From positions 32,001 through 96,000 of IMG/VR virus record IMGVR_UViG_3300042898_006156: a DNA stretch of 64,000 bases; one strand, written 5' to 3'. The position numbers and the translations under genes are program-made. The first letter of the stretch is position 1. Every line of letters starts with the position of its first letter. Of the stretch, positions 26,696 through 37,446 are shown one piece after another. The DNA comes from a virus. The notes beneath the pieces were generated by a model. That model did no database searches. It was given only the letters and a program-made list of their open reading frames with translations, and was not told the DNA's origin.

Positions 26696-28274
26696 AATTG
26701 AGCTGCTAATAAGATCTAAAAGAACTGTCTTATATTTAGTATCTCAAGAAGAAAATAGAGTAATATCAGCTTTGGAAAATTTATGTTCCAAAGCTGATAC
26801 TTCTTGGGATCTCGTAAAATGGGATATTGTTTCTGGACTTCATTCAACTTTCCCAGAATTTTTACCCGCAAAAGCTTCTGATTGTGTACTAGATCAAGAA
26901 GAAGTATTGGGCTGGTTCAAAAAACTTATAGTACCAAAGAATAAATTTTGTATACTGGTACTTAAAGATTACAACAAATTTTTTGGTTCTGGAAACTATC
27001 GTGGACAAGTTGAAATAAAAGTTGTCCGCCAATTGAAAAACTTAAGCTTTGATTTTTCCACAGAGAACAAAGCAATAATTATTCTTTCTTCAATACTAGA
27101 ATTACCAACAGATCTAGAAAAGTCTGTTCCTGTAATTGATTTCCCACTTCCTAGTAAAGATGAAATAACAGAAAAAATTACATATCTTTTAGAAAAAGCA
27201 TCTAAAAGACCTGACCTTGCTGCTAAATTTCAAACATCATACATCAAAGAAGAATTAGACAATGTAGTCAATTGTTTCAGAGGTTTGACCATATCTGAAT
27301 GTGAGCAAGTTTGTACATATTGTATGATCAAGCACACTTCTTTATTACCAGAATCAATTATCCAACAAAAGAAAGATATTATCCGTAAGTCAGGTTTATT
27401 AGATTGGATTGATGATCCCACTGATATGAATAGTATTGGTGGTTTGTCAGGTTTAAAATCTTGGCTTGAAAAACGTAAAGATGCTTTTTCATTAGAAGCA
27501 TTGGACTATGGATTGCCAGCAAATCCTAAAGGCATATTACTTGTAGGTATTCAAGGTGCTGGCAAATCATTATTCGCCAAAGCAATATCATCATTCTGGA
27601 ATTTCCCCTTATTAAGACTTGATATGGGCAAAGTATTTTCTGGTCTTGTTGGAAGTTCTGAACAAAATATGCGACAGGTTTTCAAAGTGGCTGAATCTGT
27701 TGCCCCCTGTATTCTTTGGTGTGATGAAATTGATAAGGGTATGTCTGGATCAAAAGCATCTAGCACAACTGATGGCGGTACAACTTCAAGAGTTTTGGGT
27801 TCTTGGCTCACATGGATGCAGGATAGAAAATCTCCAGTATTTGTTGTTGCTACTGCCAATGATGTTTCTTCCTTACCGCCAGAATTATTAAGAAAAGGTA
27901 GATTTGATGAGATTTTCTTTGTAGATCTTCCTAAATTACTGGAAAGAAAAACTATATTTAAAATCCACCTTGAAAAAAGAAACAGAAATCCTAAGAATTT
28001 TAATTTGGAATTATTAGCAGATTTATCTGAAAGTTTTACTGGAGCTGAAATCGAAGCAGCCATAGAAGCAGCATTATATGAAGCATTTAGTGATAACAAA
28101 AGAGAAATTATTACATCCGATATAGCAGACGCAATTAAAGATTCCGTTCCCATTTCTAAATTGATGAAAGAAGAGATACAATACTTGAGATCTTGGGCTA
28201 GTGAAAGAGCACGAAATGCATCCAGTAGCAATTCTGAAATTAAGAGATACAATGGGAACGAGGATGATTTGTAA
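26670..28274 (+). CDS. AAA+ ATPase, Ycf46-like
   Basis: EENRV N-terminus, IGGL..LK.WL, GIQGAGKS, ILWCDEIDKG, LPPELLRKGRFDEIFFVDLP. Confidence 0.85.
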   Translation: MDSNQTIDEIELLIRSKRTVLYLVSQEENRVISALENLCSKADTSWDLVKWDIVSGLHSTFPEFLPAKASDCVLDQEEVLGWFKKLIVPKNKFCILVLKDYNKFFGSGNYRGQVEIKVVRQLKNLSFDFSTENKAIIILSSILELPTDLEKSVPVIDFPLPSKDEITEKITYLLEKASKRPDLAAKFQTSYIKEELDNVVNCFRGLTISECEQVCTYCMIKHTSLLPESIIQQKKDIIRKSGLLDWIDDPTDMNSIGGLSGLKSWLEKRKDAFSLEALDYGLPANPKGILLVGIQGAGKSLFAKAISSFWNFPLLRLDMGKVFSGLVGSSEQNMRQVFKVAESVAPCILWCDEIDKGMSGSKASSTTDGGTTSRVLGSWLTWMQDRKSPVFVVATANDVSSLPPELLRKGRFDEIFFVDLPKLLERKTIFKIHLEKRNRNPKNFNLELLADLSESFTGAEIEAAIEAALYEAFSDNKREIITSDIADAIKDSVPISKLMKEEIQYLRSWASERARNASSSNSEIKRYNGNEDDL

Positions 28275-29071
28275 TGGCTGAACCTAATTTTGAAGATATA
28301 TTGGGTCTAAATGATTTAAAAGAAAACTTACAAAATAGCGCTAGAAACCTTAGAATGAATAAAGGTATTGGCTGTGCTCTTTGTGATTATTTTGGTTACA
28401 CTACAAATTACAAGGGTAAATCTGTAATGTGTTCTTGTGAGAAAGAAAAATTTCTCCGAGAATTATATGTCAAGGCCAATGTTCCAAGAGTTTATATTGG
28501 TAAAAGCTTGGATGATTGGAACATTCGTGCAGACGCTCATGGAAGAGATCTTGGCCAAGAATCTAAAACTAGTGAACGAGTATTACTTTTACTAAAGTAT
28601 TTTGAGAAGTTTTTGATTGATATTGTCAATAATGATCCTCCAAATATTCGTCATACCGGAAACATCAGGACACCACTTACTTCAATTATTTTTGATGGCA
28701 AGAATGGTAGTGGCAAAACATTCATAGGTGCTGTTTTAGTTCAATCTGCTATCAAAAAAGGCTTGTCTTCCAAGTATTATGATTGGACTGAAATTATAAG
28801 CATCTTAAGTGATTTTGATAAAAAAGATGAATTTGACAAGATGAACGAAGAATTCAAAAATCTTGATTTTATCGTTATTGATGGTATTGAACAATACAAG
28901 CAAACCCACCCTCAATTCCCACAAAATTTGGATAGACTATCAAAATCGAGAGTAAATTCTGGTAAACCTTTTATTTTATTGACGTATGGAACTTCAAACA
29001 TCTCAACAGGATCAGGATGGAATTCTTTACTTCGCAGTTGTATTACGATAAGGTTGCCTTACGCAAGATGA
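28274..29071 (+). CDS. DnaC/IstB-like helicase loader ATPase
   Basis: CALC..G...CSC zinc motif, GKNGSGKT, FIVIDG. Confidence 0.7.
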   Translation: MAEPNFEDILGLNDLKENLQNSARNLRMNKGIGCALCDYFGYTTNYKGKSVMCSCEKEKFLRELYVKANVPRVYIGKSLDDWNIRADAHGRDLGQESKTSERVLLLLKYFEKFLIDIVNNDPPNIRHTGNIRTPLTSIIFDGKNGSGKTFIGAVLVQSAIKKGLSSKYYDWTEIISILSDFDKKDEFDKMNEEFKNLDFIVIDGIEQYKQTHPQFPQNLDRLSKSRVNSGKPFILLTYGTSNISTGSGWNSLLRSCITIRLPYAR

Positions 29072-30666
29072 AATTAGATCAACGTTCATTAGAAATTATG
29101 TTTTTATCATCCATCACTAAAAGTACAAAGTGTATGGATAAGGCTCTTGCACGTCAAATTACAAAAGATCATTTCGTTCACATAGAGCCTAGCGACACTT
29201 CTTCTTACACCCAGAAAATGTACGATTTTATAATGAAGTACTGGGAAAGAAGTGGTGGAAGTTTGCTCACTGGCTTTGTTCTTGAATCTTCTTTAAATGA
29301 AAGCAATATTAAAGATTACACTCGTAGAAAATATATTTCTTTATGGGATGAGATTGAGAATTTTGATTTTGATGAGAATGATTTTCATGAGGTTACTAGT
29401 TTATTAAAGAAAAATAAGGGTCTGCGTACACTTACTAAAACTTTTGAATCTTCCAATTCTTTTCTTGCTAATGGCGATCTTTCTAAAACTGTAGAAGCTA
29501 TTCAAAAAGATCTTGATGATATACAAGATGAACTTTCTGAAAAATTTTCAGAGATTCAGAACTTTGATGTTTCTAATAGCGCTGATTTTTTCAAGAAAGA
29601 ATATGAAAAGCGTCTTACACAGCCTGAATTATTTAAAGGTATTGAGTGTGGGATAAGCAACATTGACTCTAAAACTTTTGGATGGATGCCTGGACAAATT
29701 ATTGTTTTTCTAGCTCCTTCTTCTGGTGGTAAGAGTGTAATGCTCTTAAACTCTGCTCTTCATGCTAATAAAGTTGGCAAGAAGAAAGTTTTGTATCTCT
29801 CTTTTGAAATGAACTCTTGGCTTTGTTTGCTTCGCCATGTTTCATTAAATTTCGAAATTCCTTATGATCAAATCAAAGGCACAGATCTTTCTCCTGATGA
29901 AATGAAGACAATTTATGATGGATTAAAAACACAAGAGAATGGTCCATATTTTGAATATGATGTCAATATGGAAGATCCTACGCCAGAGTATATTGATCAG
30001 AAAATTAGAGAGTTGATTAACACTAAAGGCAAGCCAGATCTTCTTGTTGTTGACTATATCGGAAATATGACTGTACGTAAGGCAGTTAATGGAGCAAAAG
30101 ATTGGGAAAATCAATCTCAAGCAGTTAAGGGATTATTCTTACTAGCTAAAAGATATAACATTCCAGTGCTTACTGCTCAACAGATTAATCGGGATACAAT
30201 TAGAGATTCTCGTAAGTCTAAAGATGAGAAGAAATTCATGTCTTATGATCAGGCTGCAGCATCTGGAGGTCAAAACCTTATGCACCTTTGTACCTATGCT
30301 ATTGCCATGGAACCTAATCGTGAGCACGGATATTGCATTCTTCATCCTGTAAAAATGCGTGATGCTTGGTTTAATCCATTTCCTATTCGTATGAACAGAG
30401 AATATAACAAAGTCACTGAATTAGATGAAGAAGAGCAACAACAGATATTAGCATTGCACGGTGTTGCAACTGGTAATACAGTTGTCAAGGAAGTTCCCAA
30501 AACAGATCGCCCAGATGGCAAAACTCCTATAAGACGACCTACTATTATTTCAAATGATGGCACTGTTGTTGATAATGTGCTTGAACTAGATGAAGAAGAA
30601 TTTGTACCTTTGAATCTTGATGATAATAGAGAACTTTCAGTGCCAGACTGGATGATTTATGAATAA
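29068..30666 (+). CDS. dnaB: DnaB-like replicative helicase
   Basis: GI..G...ID..T.G..PG, APSSGGKS, LSFEM, LVVDYI, TAQQINR. Confidence 0.85.
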   Translation: MKLDQRSLEIMFLSSITKSTKCMDKALARQITKDHFVHIEPSDTSSYTQKMYDFIMKYWERSGGSLLTGFVLESSLNESNIKDYTRRKYISLWDEIENFDFDENDFHEVTSLLKKNKGLRTLTKTFESSNSFLANGDLSKTVEAIQKDLDDIQDELSEKFSEIQNFDVSNSADFFKKEYEKRLTQPELFKGIECGISNIDSKTFGWMPGQIIVFLAPSSGGKSVMLLNSALHANKVGKKKVLYLSFEMNSWLCLLRHVSLNFEIPYDQIKGTDLSPDEMKTIYDGLKTQENGPYFEYDVNMEDPTPEYIDQKIRELINTKGKPDLLVVDYIGNMTVRKAVNGAKDWENQSQAVKGLFLLAKRYNIPVLTAQQINRDTIRDSRKSKDEKKFMSYDQAAASGGQNLMHLCTYAIAMEPNREHGYCILHPVKMRDAWFNPFPIRMNREYNKVTELDEEEQQQILALHGVATGNTVVKEVPKTDRPDGKTPIRRPTIISNDGTVVDNVLELDEEEFVPLNLDDNRELSVPDWMIYE

Positions 30667-31291
30667 AGCTACAATCACACGTAATTTTATTGATAATTTA
30701 GTAAAATCGATTGATATCATGGAGTTTATGGAGTCTGAGTATGATTCTGACTTCATAATATCAAAACATACTGATTGGGCTAATACAAGATGTCCCATGC
30801 CAAATCACGATGATGGTAACCCTTCTTTTGGTGTCAATACCAAAACTAACACCTACAATTGTTTTGGCTGTGGTGCTACTGGAGACTTAATTCAACTTGT
30901 TCAGGATGTTGAAGGATTGAATTTTGTAGAAGCAATACATAAACTCTCTGTATTTGCTAAAATTGATGTCGAAACTGTTGATTTTGATGTCAAATATCTT
31001 ATGAGAGAAGTAAGCAATACAATCAAGAAATATCTAGAGAAAGAAAATAATGCTAGTAATTATCCTGGCGGTTTATCAGAGGTAGATTTCTTAATTTCTT
31101 TTTCTGAAAAGATTAAAAAATACGAACGGCTTAATAATTATAATCCTGAATTCATCACTTGGACTGATAGTGTTTATAAGCAGATAGATGAAGACTTACA
31201 CAAAGAAAACTTTAAGAATTTAAATATCTTATGGAAAAATTTTATCAAGAGTGCAAAAATAAAGATGGGAGAACTAAATGAACAGCATTGA
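30659..31291 (+). CDS. Primase zinc-binding (CHC2) domain protein, no TOPRIM domain
   Basis: CPMPNHDDGNPSF...YNCFGCG..GD.IQLV...EGLNF.EA. Confidence 0.85.
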   Translation: MNKATITRNFIDNLVKSIDIMEFMESEYDSDFIISKHTDWANTRCPMPNHDDGNPSFGVNTKTNTYNCFGCGATGDLIQLVQDVEGLNFVEAIHKLSVFAKIDVETVDFDVKYLMREVSNTIKKYLEKENNASNYPGGLSEVDFLISFSEKIKKYERLNNYNPEFITWTDSVYKQIDEDLHKENFKNLNILWKNFIKSAKIKMGELNEQH

Positions 31292-31523
31292 AATTATTGA
31301 AAAACTAAAACAAACTTTTAATGATGCTCCTGATGAAATTCCAGTGAACATTCTTGTTAATGGGCATTTAGCTAATAAAATCTATTTTATTCATCAGCTA
31401 ATGTTGGCTGAAAATCCAGGATATACTGAAGAAGATGTTTACAAGTATATTTTCTGGTCTGGTTCAAATAAAATTTTAGAAGATCTAGCTAATAATGTCC
31501 AAAACGATTATCCTGAATCCTGA
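31278..31523 (+). CDS. Hypothetical protein
   Basis: Coupled ORF. Confidence 0.6.
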   Translation: MNSIEIIEKLKQTFNDAPDEIPVNILVNGHLANKIYFIHQLMLAENPGYTEEDVYKYIFWSGSNKILEDLANNVQNDYPES

Positions 31524-32292
31524 AGTTATAGCTCAAGTTTTAAAACACAACGAAGTGGATGTTTATATTCTTTGGGCTATCTCTAAATTGGTTGATGAGA
31601 ATAATTCAGGTATTGTTCCTATCGAAGAAATCATTAACATAGCTAAAATTGTATTTCAGTATTCCTCTACTTTTGTTTATGACAAAATCAAAAAAGGAAC
31701 AGATCTTTATTGGACAGCTCCTCACGGTAAATTTGGCAAAAAGAGTGTCTGTTTATTTTCTATCAACAAAATTATTAATCGCTTAAAGCCCGAAATCACA
31801 AGATCAAAACCTGTAGCTGTCCCATTATCGGCTCTTCAAAGTCAAAGCTCTAAATATGTCAAAGAACTTTTGATTTGTATTTTTGCTGCTAGATATGAAG
31901 ATGAAAGACCAGTAGCTATAGAAACTATTTCTATCTACACTGGGCAAAGTGAATCTACAGTGAGAAATGCCATAAAAAGCTGCAAATATATATCTTCAAG
32001 GCAAAATCACGAAGTAATAGATAAAACCCTTAAGAAGACAAAATTATCCCTTACAAATGAACAAGTGCAAGAGTACAAGAAACTCAAACTCATCCAGAAA
32101 AATTATTCTTACATTATCTGTAAACAAATTTCTAATTCTTATAGACTATTGGAGTTTGACAGATTGCCTTTGCGCACTCGTCCAAAAGCATTAAAGATGA
32201 TTGATAAAAATCTAATTCTTAATTTAGAACCAAGGCATTACCACGAAAAAAATGGTAAACTTTATTCGAGTCGCAATAAAGCAATTCTCTAA
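31495..32292 (+). CDS. Basic hypothetical protein with an HTH-like motif
   Basis: IETISIYTGQSESTVRNAI. Confidence 0.6.
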   Translation: MSKTIILNPEVIAQVLKHNEVDVYILWAISKLVDENNSGIVPIEEIINIAKIVFQYSSTFVYDKIKKGTDLYWTAPHGKFGKKSVCLFSINKIINRLKPEITRSKPVAVPLSALQSQSSKYVKELLICIFAARYEDERPVAIETISIYTGQSESTVRNAIKSCKYISSRQNHEVIDKTLKKTKLSLTNEQVQEYKKLKLIQKNYSYIICKQISNSYRLLEFDRLPLRTRPKALKMIDKNLILNLEPRHYHEKNGKLYSSRNKAIL

Positions 32293-32342
32293 ATCAGCAA
32301 GTGAATGACTATCTTTGATGGCGCTTGCAAAAGAGGCATTAT

Positions 32343-35300
32343 ATGTGTAGTTCTAATAAAGATTTCGTTCATTTACACGCCCATACGCATTTTTCTATTC
32401 AAGATGCATTACCCACACCAGCTAAATACGCATTAAAAGCTCGTGAGATGGGTTTCAGAGCCACAGCAATTACAGACCACGGAAAAATGGGTGGTGCTGT
32501 TGAATTTGTTGAAGCTTGTCGTATGCAAGGCAGTTTTGAACCTATTAAACCTATCATTGGTATTGAAGTGTATACCTGTGAAGATCGTTTTGATAAGAGT
32601 AAAACAGAAGATGGCAGACGTAAGAAATTAAATCACCTTACTCTTCTTGCTCAAAACGAAACAGGATATAAGAATCTTCTTTCTCTTTCAGCTCTTGGCA
32701 ATGACCCAGATGCTTTTCATTATTCCCCTCGTGTTGATTGGGGGTGTATTGAAAAACATAGTGAAGGTGTAATTGCTCTTTCTGGCTGTCTCGCTTCTGA
32801 ACTAAATCAATCCCTAATGAGAGAAGATGTTGATCTTGCAAATCGTGTTATAAATCGATTTAAGAATGTATTTCAAGATCGCTATTTTGTTGAATTGCAG
32901 CATCACGGAATTGATGAACAAGCTCATAATATGCCATTTCTTTTAGATCTTGCTAATAAATATGACATTCCTGTTGTTGCATCTAATGATGTACATTATC
33001 TTGACAAGTTAGACTGGAAAATTCACGATGTCTTAATTCAGATGCGTGACCAAAGAGACAGCAGAACAGATAAAAAGAATGGTAAGAAAGAAGCTTATGG
33101 CAGTCATCAGTTTTATCTAAAACCTTATGATGAAATGCACAAGGTTTTTGGATCAAGTGTGCCTGAAGCTTTAAAAAATTCTGTTCTTATTTCAGAGATG
33201 GTAGAAGATTTCTTCAAACTTGATGTTCCCCACTTACTTCCAGCTGCTCGTATTCCTAAAGACAATCAAGAGTTTAATAATTTCTGGAAATCCAAATTAC
33301 CTCATCACAAAGCAAATGAAGCGTATTTAGCCTTTCTTTGTATTTCTGGTTTACGTCAGGCTAACTTATTCTCAAACAATTATTTAGCCCGTCTTGATAG
33401 TGAATTGCGCCAAATTTGGTACATGGGTGTTACTGACTACTTCTTGATTCAAAGAGAATTAGTTGAATTTATGAAGCATAAGGATATCCATTTTGGTATT
33501 CGTGGTTCTGGTGTTGGATCATTAGTAAACTTCTGTCTTGAAGTTTGTAATGTGGATCCAGTACGTTGGAACTTGATGTTTGAACGCTTCTTGAATCCTG
33601 GTCGTGGAACTCAATACAAAGTAGATATATCTGAATTTCCAGCATCTCAATTTATTAATGAGTATGGTGATATGGATCAAATTCCTTACAGTAAGAAGTT
33701 AAGGAAGATTACTCAACAATGGCTAGAATTTTTTCCAGAAAATCGCAAATATGAGCCTGAAATTGAGAAAGAATTATGGGTATTAGAAAATCAAGGTTTA
33801 TCATCTTATATTTATAACCTTGCTAAAATGGGAATCAAAGCAAAGAAGAATGATTCTCAACTTTGGACTGCTCATATTCTTGAAATTACGAAAGAAATGC
33901 CTTCAGATGGTCTAGTAATTTCAAAAGTTGCTGCCCTTCCTGACGTTGATACAGATATTGATGATTCACGTCGCTCTGAAGTTATTGATTGGACTAAAGA
34001 AAGATTTGGAGATGATCATGTTGCTCAAATTGGAACTTGGGGTAAATATGCTGCAAAAAACTCTGTAGTAGGATGTTTGAAATCCTCTACAAGGTTTCAA
34101 GATACATATCCTAATGATTTTCACAATCAGGCTTTAAAGATTTCTGCTTGTATTTCTAAAAAGCCAGGAACAACAATTGAAGAAACTATTCAAGAAAATG
34201 AGGAGTTCAAACATTACTATAACCAGTGGCAAGAAGAATTAGATAGCGCTATTCAATTGGTTGGTACATATTCTAACTTTGGTGTTCACGCTTCTGGAGT
34301 TCTTGTATCTTCTGAACCAATTTATTTAAATGCCCCTATAGAAAACAGTAAGGGAAACTTGTGTTCTGCATACGATATGAAAAATGTAGAACGTGTTGGT
34401 TTGGTAAAGTACGATTTTCTTGGACTAGCTGCTTTTCATCAAGTTGCTCTTTGTCTTGAACATATAAAGAGACTTCATAATAAAGAAATTGATTTCAAAA
34501 AGATCAATCTTGACGATGCTAAAATTTTTAAGAACATTTATGCTAGGGGAAAAACTGCTAGTGTTTTCCAATTTGCTTCAAAAGGAATGCAACAATCTCT
34601 TCGGGATGTAAACGCCTCTAATGTTGAAGATTTGATTGCTGTGGCTGCTCTTTATCGTCCTGGTCCTATGGATTATATTCCTCAATATGCTGAAGGTAAA
34701 AGACATCCAGAATTAATCAAGTATGCTCACCCTATTATTGAGAAGCATCTTTCAGTGACATATGGAATTATGGTGTATCAGGAGCAAGCTATGTTCTTGG
34801 CTCGTGATATGGCTGGATTTACCTGGCAACAAGTGGACAAACTACGTAAAGCAATTTCAAAGAAGTCTGGTAAAGATTTTGATGATGTTTGTAATCTTTT
34901 TGCTACAAAGAGTAAAGAGCGTGGAATTCCTGAACCAGTTATTGATGAAGTACTTGCATTAATGGCTAAATTTGGAGGATATGCCTTCAATAGATCTCAC
35001 GCTTGTTCTTATGCTTTGCTTTCTTATTACACTGCTTATTTGCGTAATTATTATCCTTCTGAGTGGTTGGCTGCTTGTATTCAAATAGATAGGCTTGATG
35101 AAGATAAACTTGCTGTATTACTTAAAGAATGCAGTATGGATAGAATTACAGTAAAGCCAGCAAATGTAAATGAGTCTGGTGTTGAAACTACTGTAAATAA
35201 GAAGGGTGAGATTTTGCTTCCTCTTTCTGCAATTAAGGGTGTCGGAGCAAGAGCAATTGATATAGTTCAACATCAACCTTATGAAGATTGCAAAGACTTG

Positions 35301-35588
35301 GCATACAGAGCTAGACCTAATCGTGGAATGGTGGCTTTCCTGGCTGAACATGATGCACTAAGTTGCTTGCCAGATACTATGCAATTTGAAGTTGTAGAAG
35401 ATTTCTTGGAATACTGGGACAATATTGTTGCAGAAAGAAACAAAGAAGAAAAGAATTCTTTAAGGATGCAGAAACTTGCAGAGAAAAATTCTGTGTCATA
35501 TGATGATATAATTAACAACAAAGAAAGAAAAACAAAATCCACTTCATCATCTGTTAAAACATTACTGAGTGATGGATTGTTTGATTAG
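32343..35588 (+). CDS. dnaE: DNA polymerase III alpha subunit (family C)
   Basis: PHP domain HLHAH..FS..D, TDHG, SNDVHY; RGSGVGS, FERFLNP, PDVDTD, KYDFLGL, LYRPGP, YAFNRSH; C-terminal OB fold absent. Confidence 0.95.
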   Translation: MCSSNKDFVHLHAHTHFSIQDALPTPAKYALKAREMGFRATAITDHGKMGGAVEFVEACRMQGSFEPIKPIIGIEVYTCEDRFDKSKTEDGRRKKLNHLTLLAQNETGYKNLLSLSALGNDPDAFHYSPRVDWGCIEKHSEGVIALSGCLASELNQSLMREDVDLANRVINRFKNVFQDRYFVELQHHGIDEQAHNMPFLLDLANKYDIPVVASNDVHYLDKLDWKIHDVLIQMRDQRDSRTDKKNGKKEAYGSHQFYLKPYDEMHKVFGSSVPEALKNSVLISEMVEDFFKLDVPHLLPAARIPKDNQEFNNFWKSKLPHHKANEAYLAFLCISGLRQANLFSNNYLARLDSELRQIWYMGVTDYFLIQRELVEFMKHKDIHFGIRGSGVGSLVNFCLEVCNVDPVRWNLMFERFLNPGRGTQYKVDISEFPASQFINEYGDMDQIPYSKKLRKITQQWLEFFPENRKYEPEIEKELWVLENQGLSSYIYNLAKMGIKAKKNDSQLWTAHILEITKEMPSDGLVISKVAALPDVDTDIDDSRRSEVIDWTKERFGDDHVAQIGTWGKYAAKNSVVGCLKSSTRFQDTYPNDFHNQALKISACISKKPGTTIEETIQENEEFKHYYNQWQEELDSAIQLVGTYSNFGVHASGVLVSSEPIYLNAPIENSKGNLCSAYDMKNVERVGLVKYDFLGLAAFHQVALCLEHIKRLHNKEIDFKKINLDDAKIFKNIYARGKTASVFQFASKGMQQSLRDVNASNVEDLIAVAALYRPGPMDYIPQYAEGKRHPELIKYAHPIIEKHLSVTYGIMVYQEQAMFLARDMAGFTWQQVDKLRKAISKKSGKDFDDVCNLFATKSKERGIPEPVIDEVLALMAKFGGYAFNRSHACSYALLSYYTAYLRNYYPSEWLAACIQIDRLDEDKLAVLLKECSMDRITVKPANVNESGVETTVNKKGEILLPLSAIKGVGARAIDIVQHQPYEDCKDLAYRARPNRGMVAFLAEHDALSCLPDTMQFEVVEDFLEYWDNIVAERNKEEKNSLRMQKLAEKNSVSYDDIINNKERKTKSTSSSVKTLLSDGLFD

Positions 35589-35596
35589 GAATTATT

Positions 35597-36343
35597 ATGG
35601 GAATTTTTGACGAATACGAAGAATACGACGATCCAGAATTCAAAATCAGCTCTGAGGAAGATGAAGATTTTGATGAAGAAAAATCAGTTTTACTTGCAAC
35701 TTTAGAATGGTCGCCTATGCCAGAAACAGTTTCTTGGCAGGATCCTAATTTTTCAAAAGATTTAGTAAGTCGTCTTAAAGGTGTCACTGAAGATTCATTT
35801 GCAAAAGAAGTTCAGATTTGGCAAGATGCAATTAGTCTTCTTCCACACTATGATGAAATTGAAATTCGCACTGAAGTAAGGCAATGGGATATTTCTATTC
35901 CAAGCAAAGATGATTATGAATTTGAATCATTTTCAGCTGCCTATGCTTTGCAAGTTCAATACAGAAACAGATTGACTGAAATTATGTCTGTTGTTTTTGC
36001 ACACTATGAAATGATTTCTCAAGCGCACAAAAACCTTCGAGAAATGGCTATCAAATTATCTACAGGAACAGCAAAGGATAAAGAGGCTAATGCTGCTTTC
36101 ACTGTACACCCATTTGTCATTCCAATGACAAATTCCAAAAGGCTGCTAACATATTTGGAGCAATATTTAAAAAATATTGAATTTGCAGCATCTCAAATGG
36201 ATAGAATTTTGCGTGAGCATCAAGCTTTATCCAGAATCAACCAATCCTTTAATAACGAGGGAATGTCAAATCTTTTTGCGAAAGATAAGACTCCTATGAA
36301 TAAGGGAAATGCTACAGTAAGAACTAGAAATTCAAGAATGTGA
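35597..36343 (+). CDS. Helical hypothetical protein between the polymerase and SSB-like genes
   Basis: AGGA SD; acidic N-terminus. Confidence 0.7.
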   Translation: MGIFDEYEEYDDPEFKISSEEDEDFDEEKSVLLATLEWSPMPETVSWQDPNFSKDLVSRLKGVTEDSFAKEVQIWQDAISLLPHYDEIEIRTEVRQWDISIPSKDDYEFESFSAAYALQVQYRNRLTEIMSVVFAHYEMISQAHKNLREMAIKLSTGTAKDKEANAAFTVHPFVIPMTNSKRLLTYLEQYLKNIEFAASQMDRILREHQALSRINQSFNNEGMSNLFAKDKTPMNKGNATVRTRNSRM

Positions 36344-36362
36344 AAATATTTTTGAATTACTA

Positions 36363-36391
36363 TTGCTTCAGCTAAAAACATACAGTAAACT
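36363..36391 (+). promoter_or_regulatory. Sigma70-type promoter
   Basis: TTGCTT-17-TAAACT; GGAG SD downstream. Confidence 0.6.
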
Positions 36392-36433
36392 AATAAATGT
36401 GGGACGGAAGAGCCCAATTGGAGAAAATATAAA

Positions 36434-37441
36434 ATGACTCGACGTGTTTCTGCTACAAAGATGGTTGCTTCACAGCCAAATCCATCAACTCCTCGTAATT
36501 CATTTCCTCGCTTGCAGGATATTCTCGTAAATCTTTCAGTCAAGGACTCACCAAAGGTTGTCCGTCGTCTGAAGCTTATCGGTGACCCAATTTCATTTAT
36601 TGAATTCACTGACAAGGTTTATATTCCAAACCCTAACAATGATCCTTCCCTTCGTGGTAAGACTCAACGTGTACCATTTCCAGATGCTGATTTGAACAAG
36701 TCCTTTGTTCGAATTGGACATGATGATCCAAAGCAATGTCCTTGGAAGAAAATGGGTTATGTTGGTACCACACAGTATGCCCAGAATGTTCTTGAGAAGC
36801 AAGAAGATGGTTCCTGGGAAGCAAAGATCCTAAAGAAGGGTAAGAGCATTTTCAATCGTATTGCTGAACAAACCATTCAGAATTATGAAGATGCTGAGAA
36901 TGAAGATGGCGATGGTCGTCACTATGGTACTCGCAATTCTCCTTGCGTAAAGATTACTGCTACCGCTACAGGTCAACCAGCTCCTCTTTCAGTTGATTAC
37001 ACACTATATTTTGAAGGCAAGCCAACTTACATTACTGATGAAATGATTGAGCTTCTTCGTAAAGCTGGTGAGCCATCAACAGAAGATCTTGTGGCAGAGC
37101 GTGTAAATTACAACAACGATCGTGAAGATGATCCTAATATGCCAGAATGGGAAGATTTCTTTACCTATGGTTTTCCTCTGCTCAAGATTTTCAAATTCAC
37201 TGTTCCAAAGAATGCTGATTCTGAAGTATCTTCAAATTCTTACAAGGTCTCTGCTCCAGTAGAGGCTCCAAAGGTTGTTGCTAAACCAGCGCCTGTTGTT
37301 GAAGATGAAGATGATGATGAGGAAGAATTTATTCCAGCACCAAAACCAGCTCGTCCTGCTAAGAAGGCTGTTATCTTAGATGAGGATGACGAAGAAGGTG
37401 ATGATGATGCTCCTTCTCTTGGATGGATGGGCAAGAAGTAA
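36434..37441 (+). CDS. Putative single-stranded DNA-binding protein (phage type)
   Basis: Located between dnaE and recA; beta-rich core with a very acidic C-terminal tail; has its own promoter and terminator. Confidence 0.55.
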   Translation: MTRRVSATKMVASQPNPSTPRNSFPRLQDILVNLSVKDSPKVVRRLKLIGDPISFIEFTDKVYIPNPNNDPSLRGKTQRVPFPDADLNKSFVRIGHDDPKQCPWKKMGYVGTTQYAQNVLEKQEDGSWEAKILKKGKSIFNRIAEQTIQNYEDAENEDGDGRHYGTRNSPCVKITATATGQPAPLSVDYTLYFEGKPTYITDEMIELLRKAGEPSTEDLVAERVNYNNDREDDPNMPEWEDFFTYGFPLLKIFKFTVPKNADSEVSSNSYKVSAPVEAPKVVAKPAPVVEDEDDDEEEFIPAPKPARPAKKAVILDEDDEEGDDDAPSLGWMGKK

Positions 37442-37446
37442 TTGAT

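Noticed and set aside
27551-28252. 233-aa antisense ORF and the many other short nested ORFs in the track
   Set aside because: They lie opposite or out of frame within well-supported genes and have no motifs or start signals; these are shadow ORFs.
33606-33935. Intein or self-splicing intron in dnaE
   Set aside because: The frame is open throughout, with no C/S start plus HN-C/S/T end and no LAGLIDADG/HNH motif.
36398-36433. gp32-like autoregulatory RNA structure upstream of the SSB-like gene
   Set aside because: Only a weak short stem (ggg...ccc) is visible; insufficient support.
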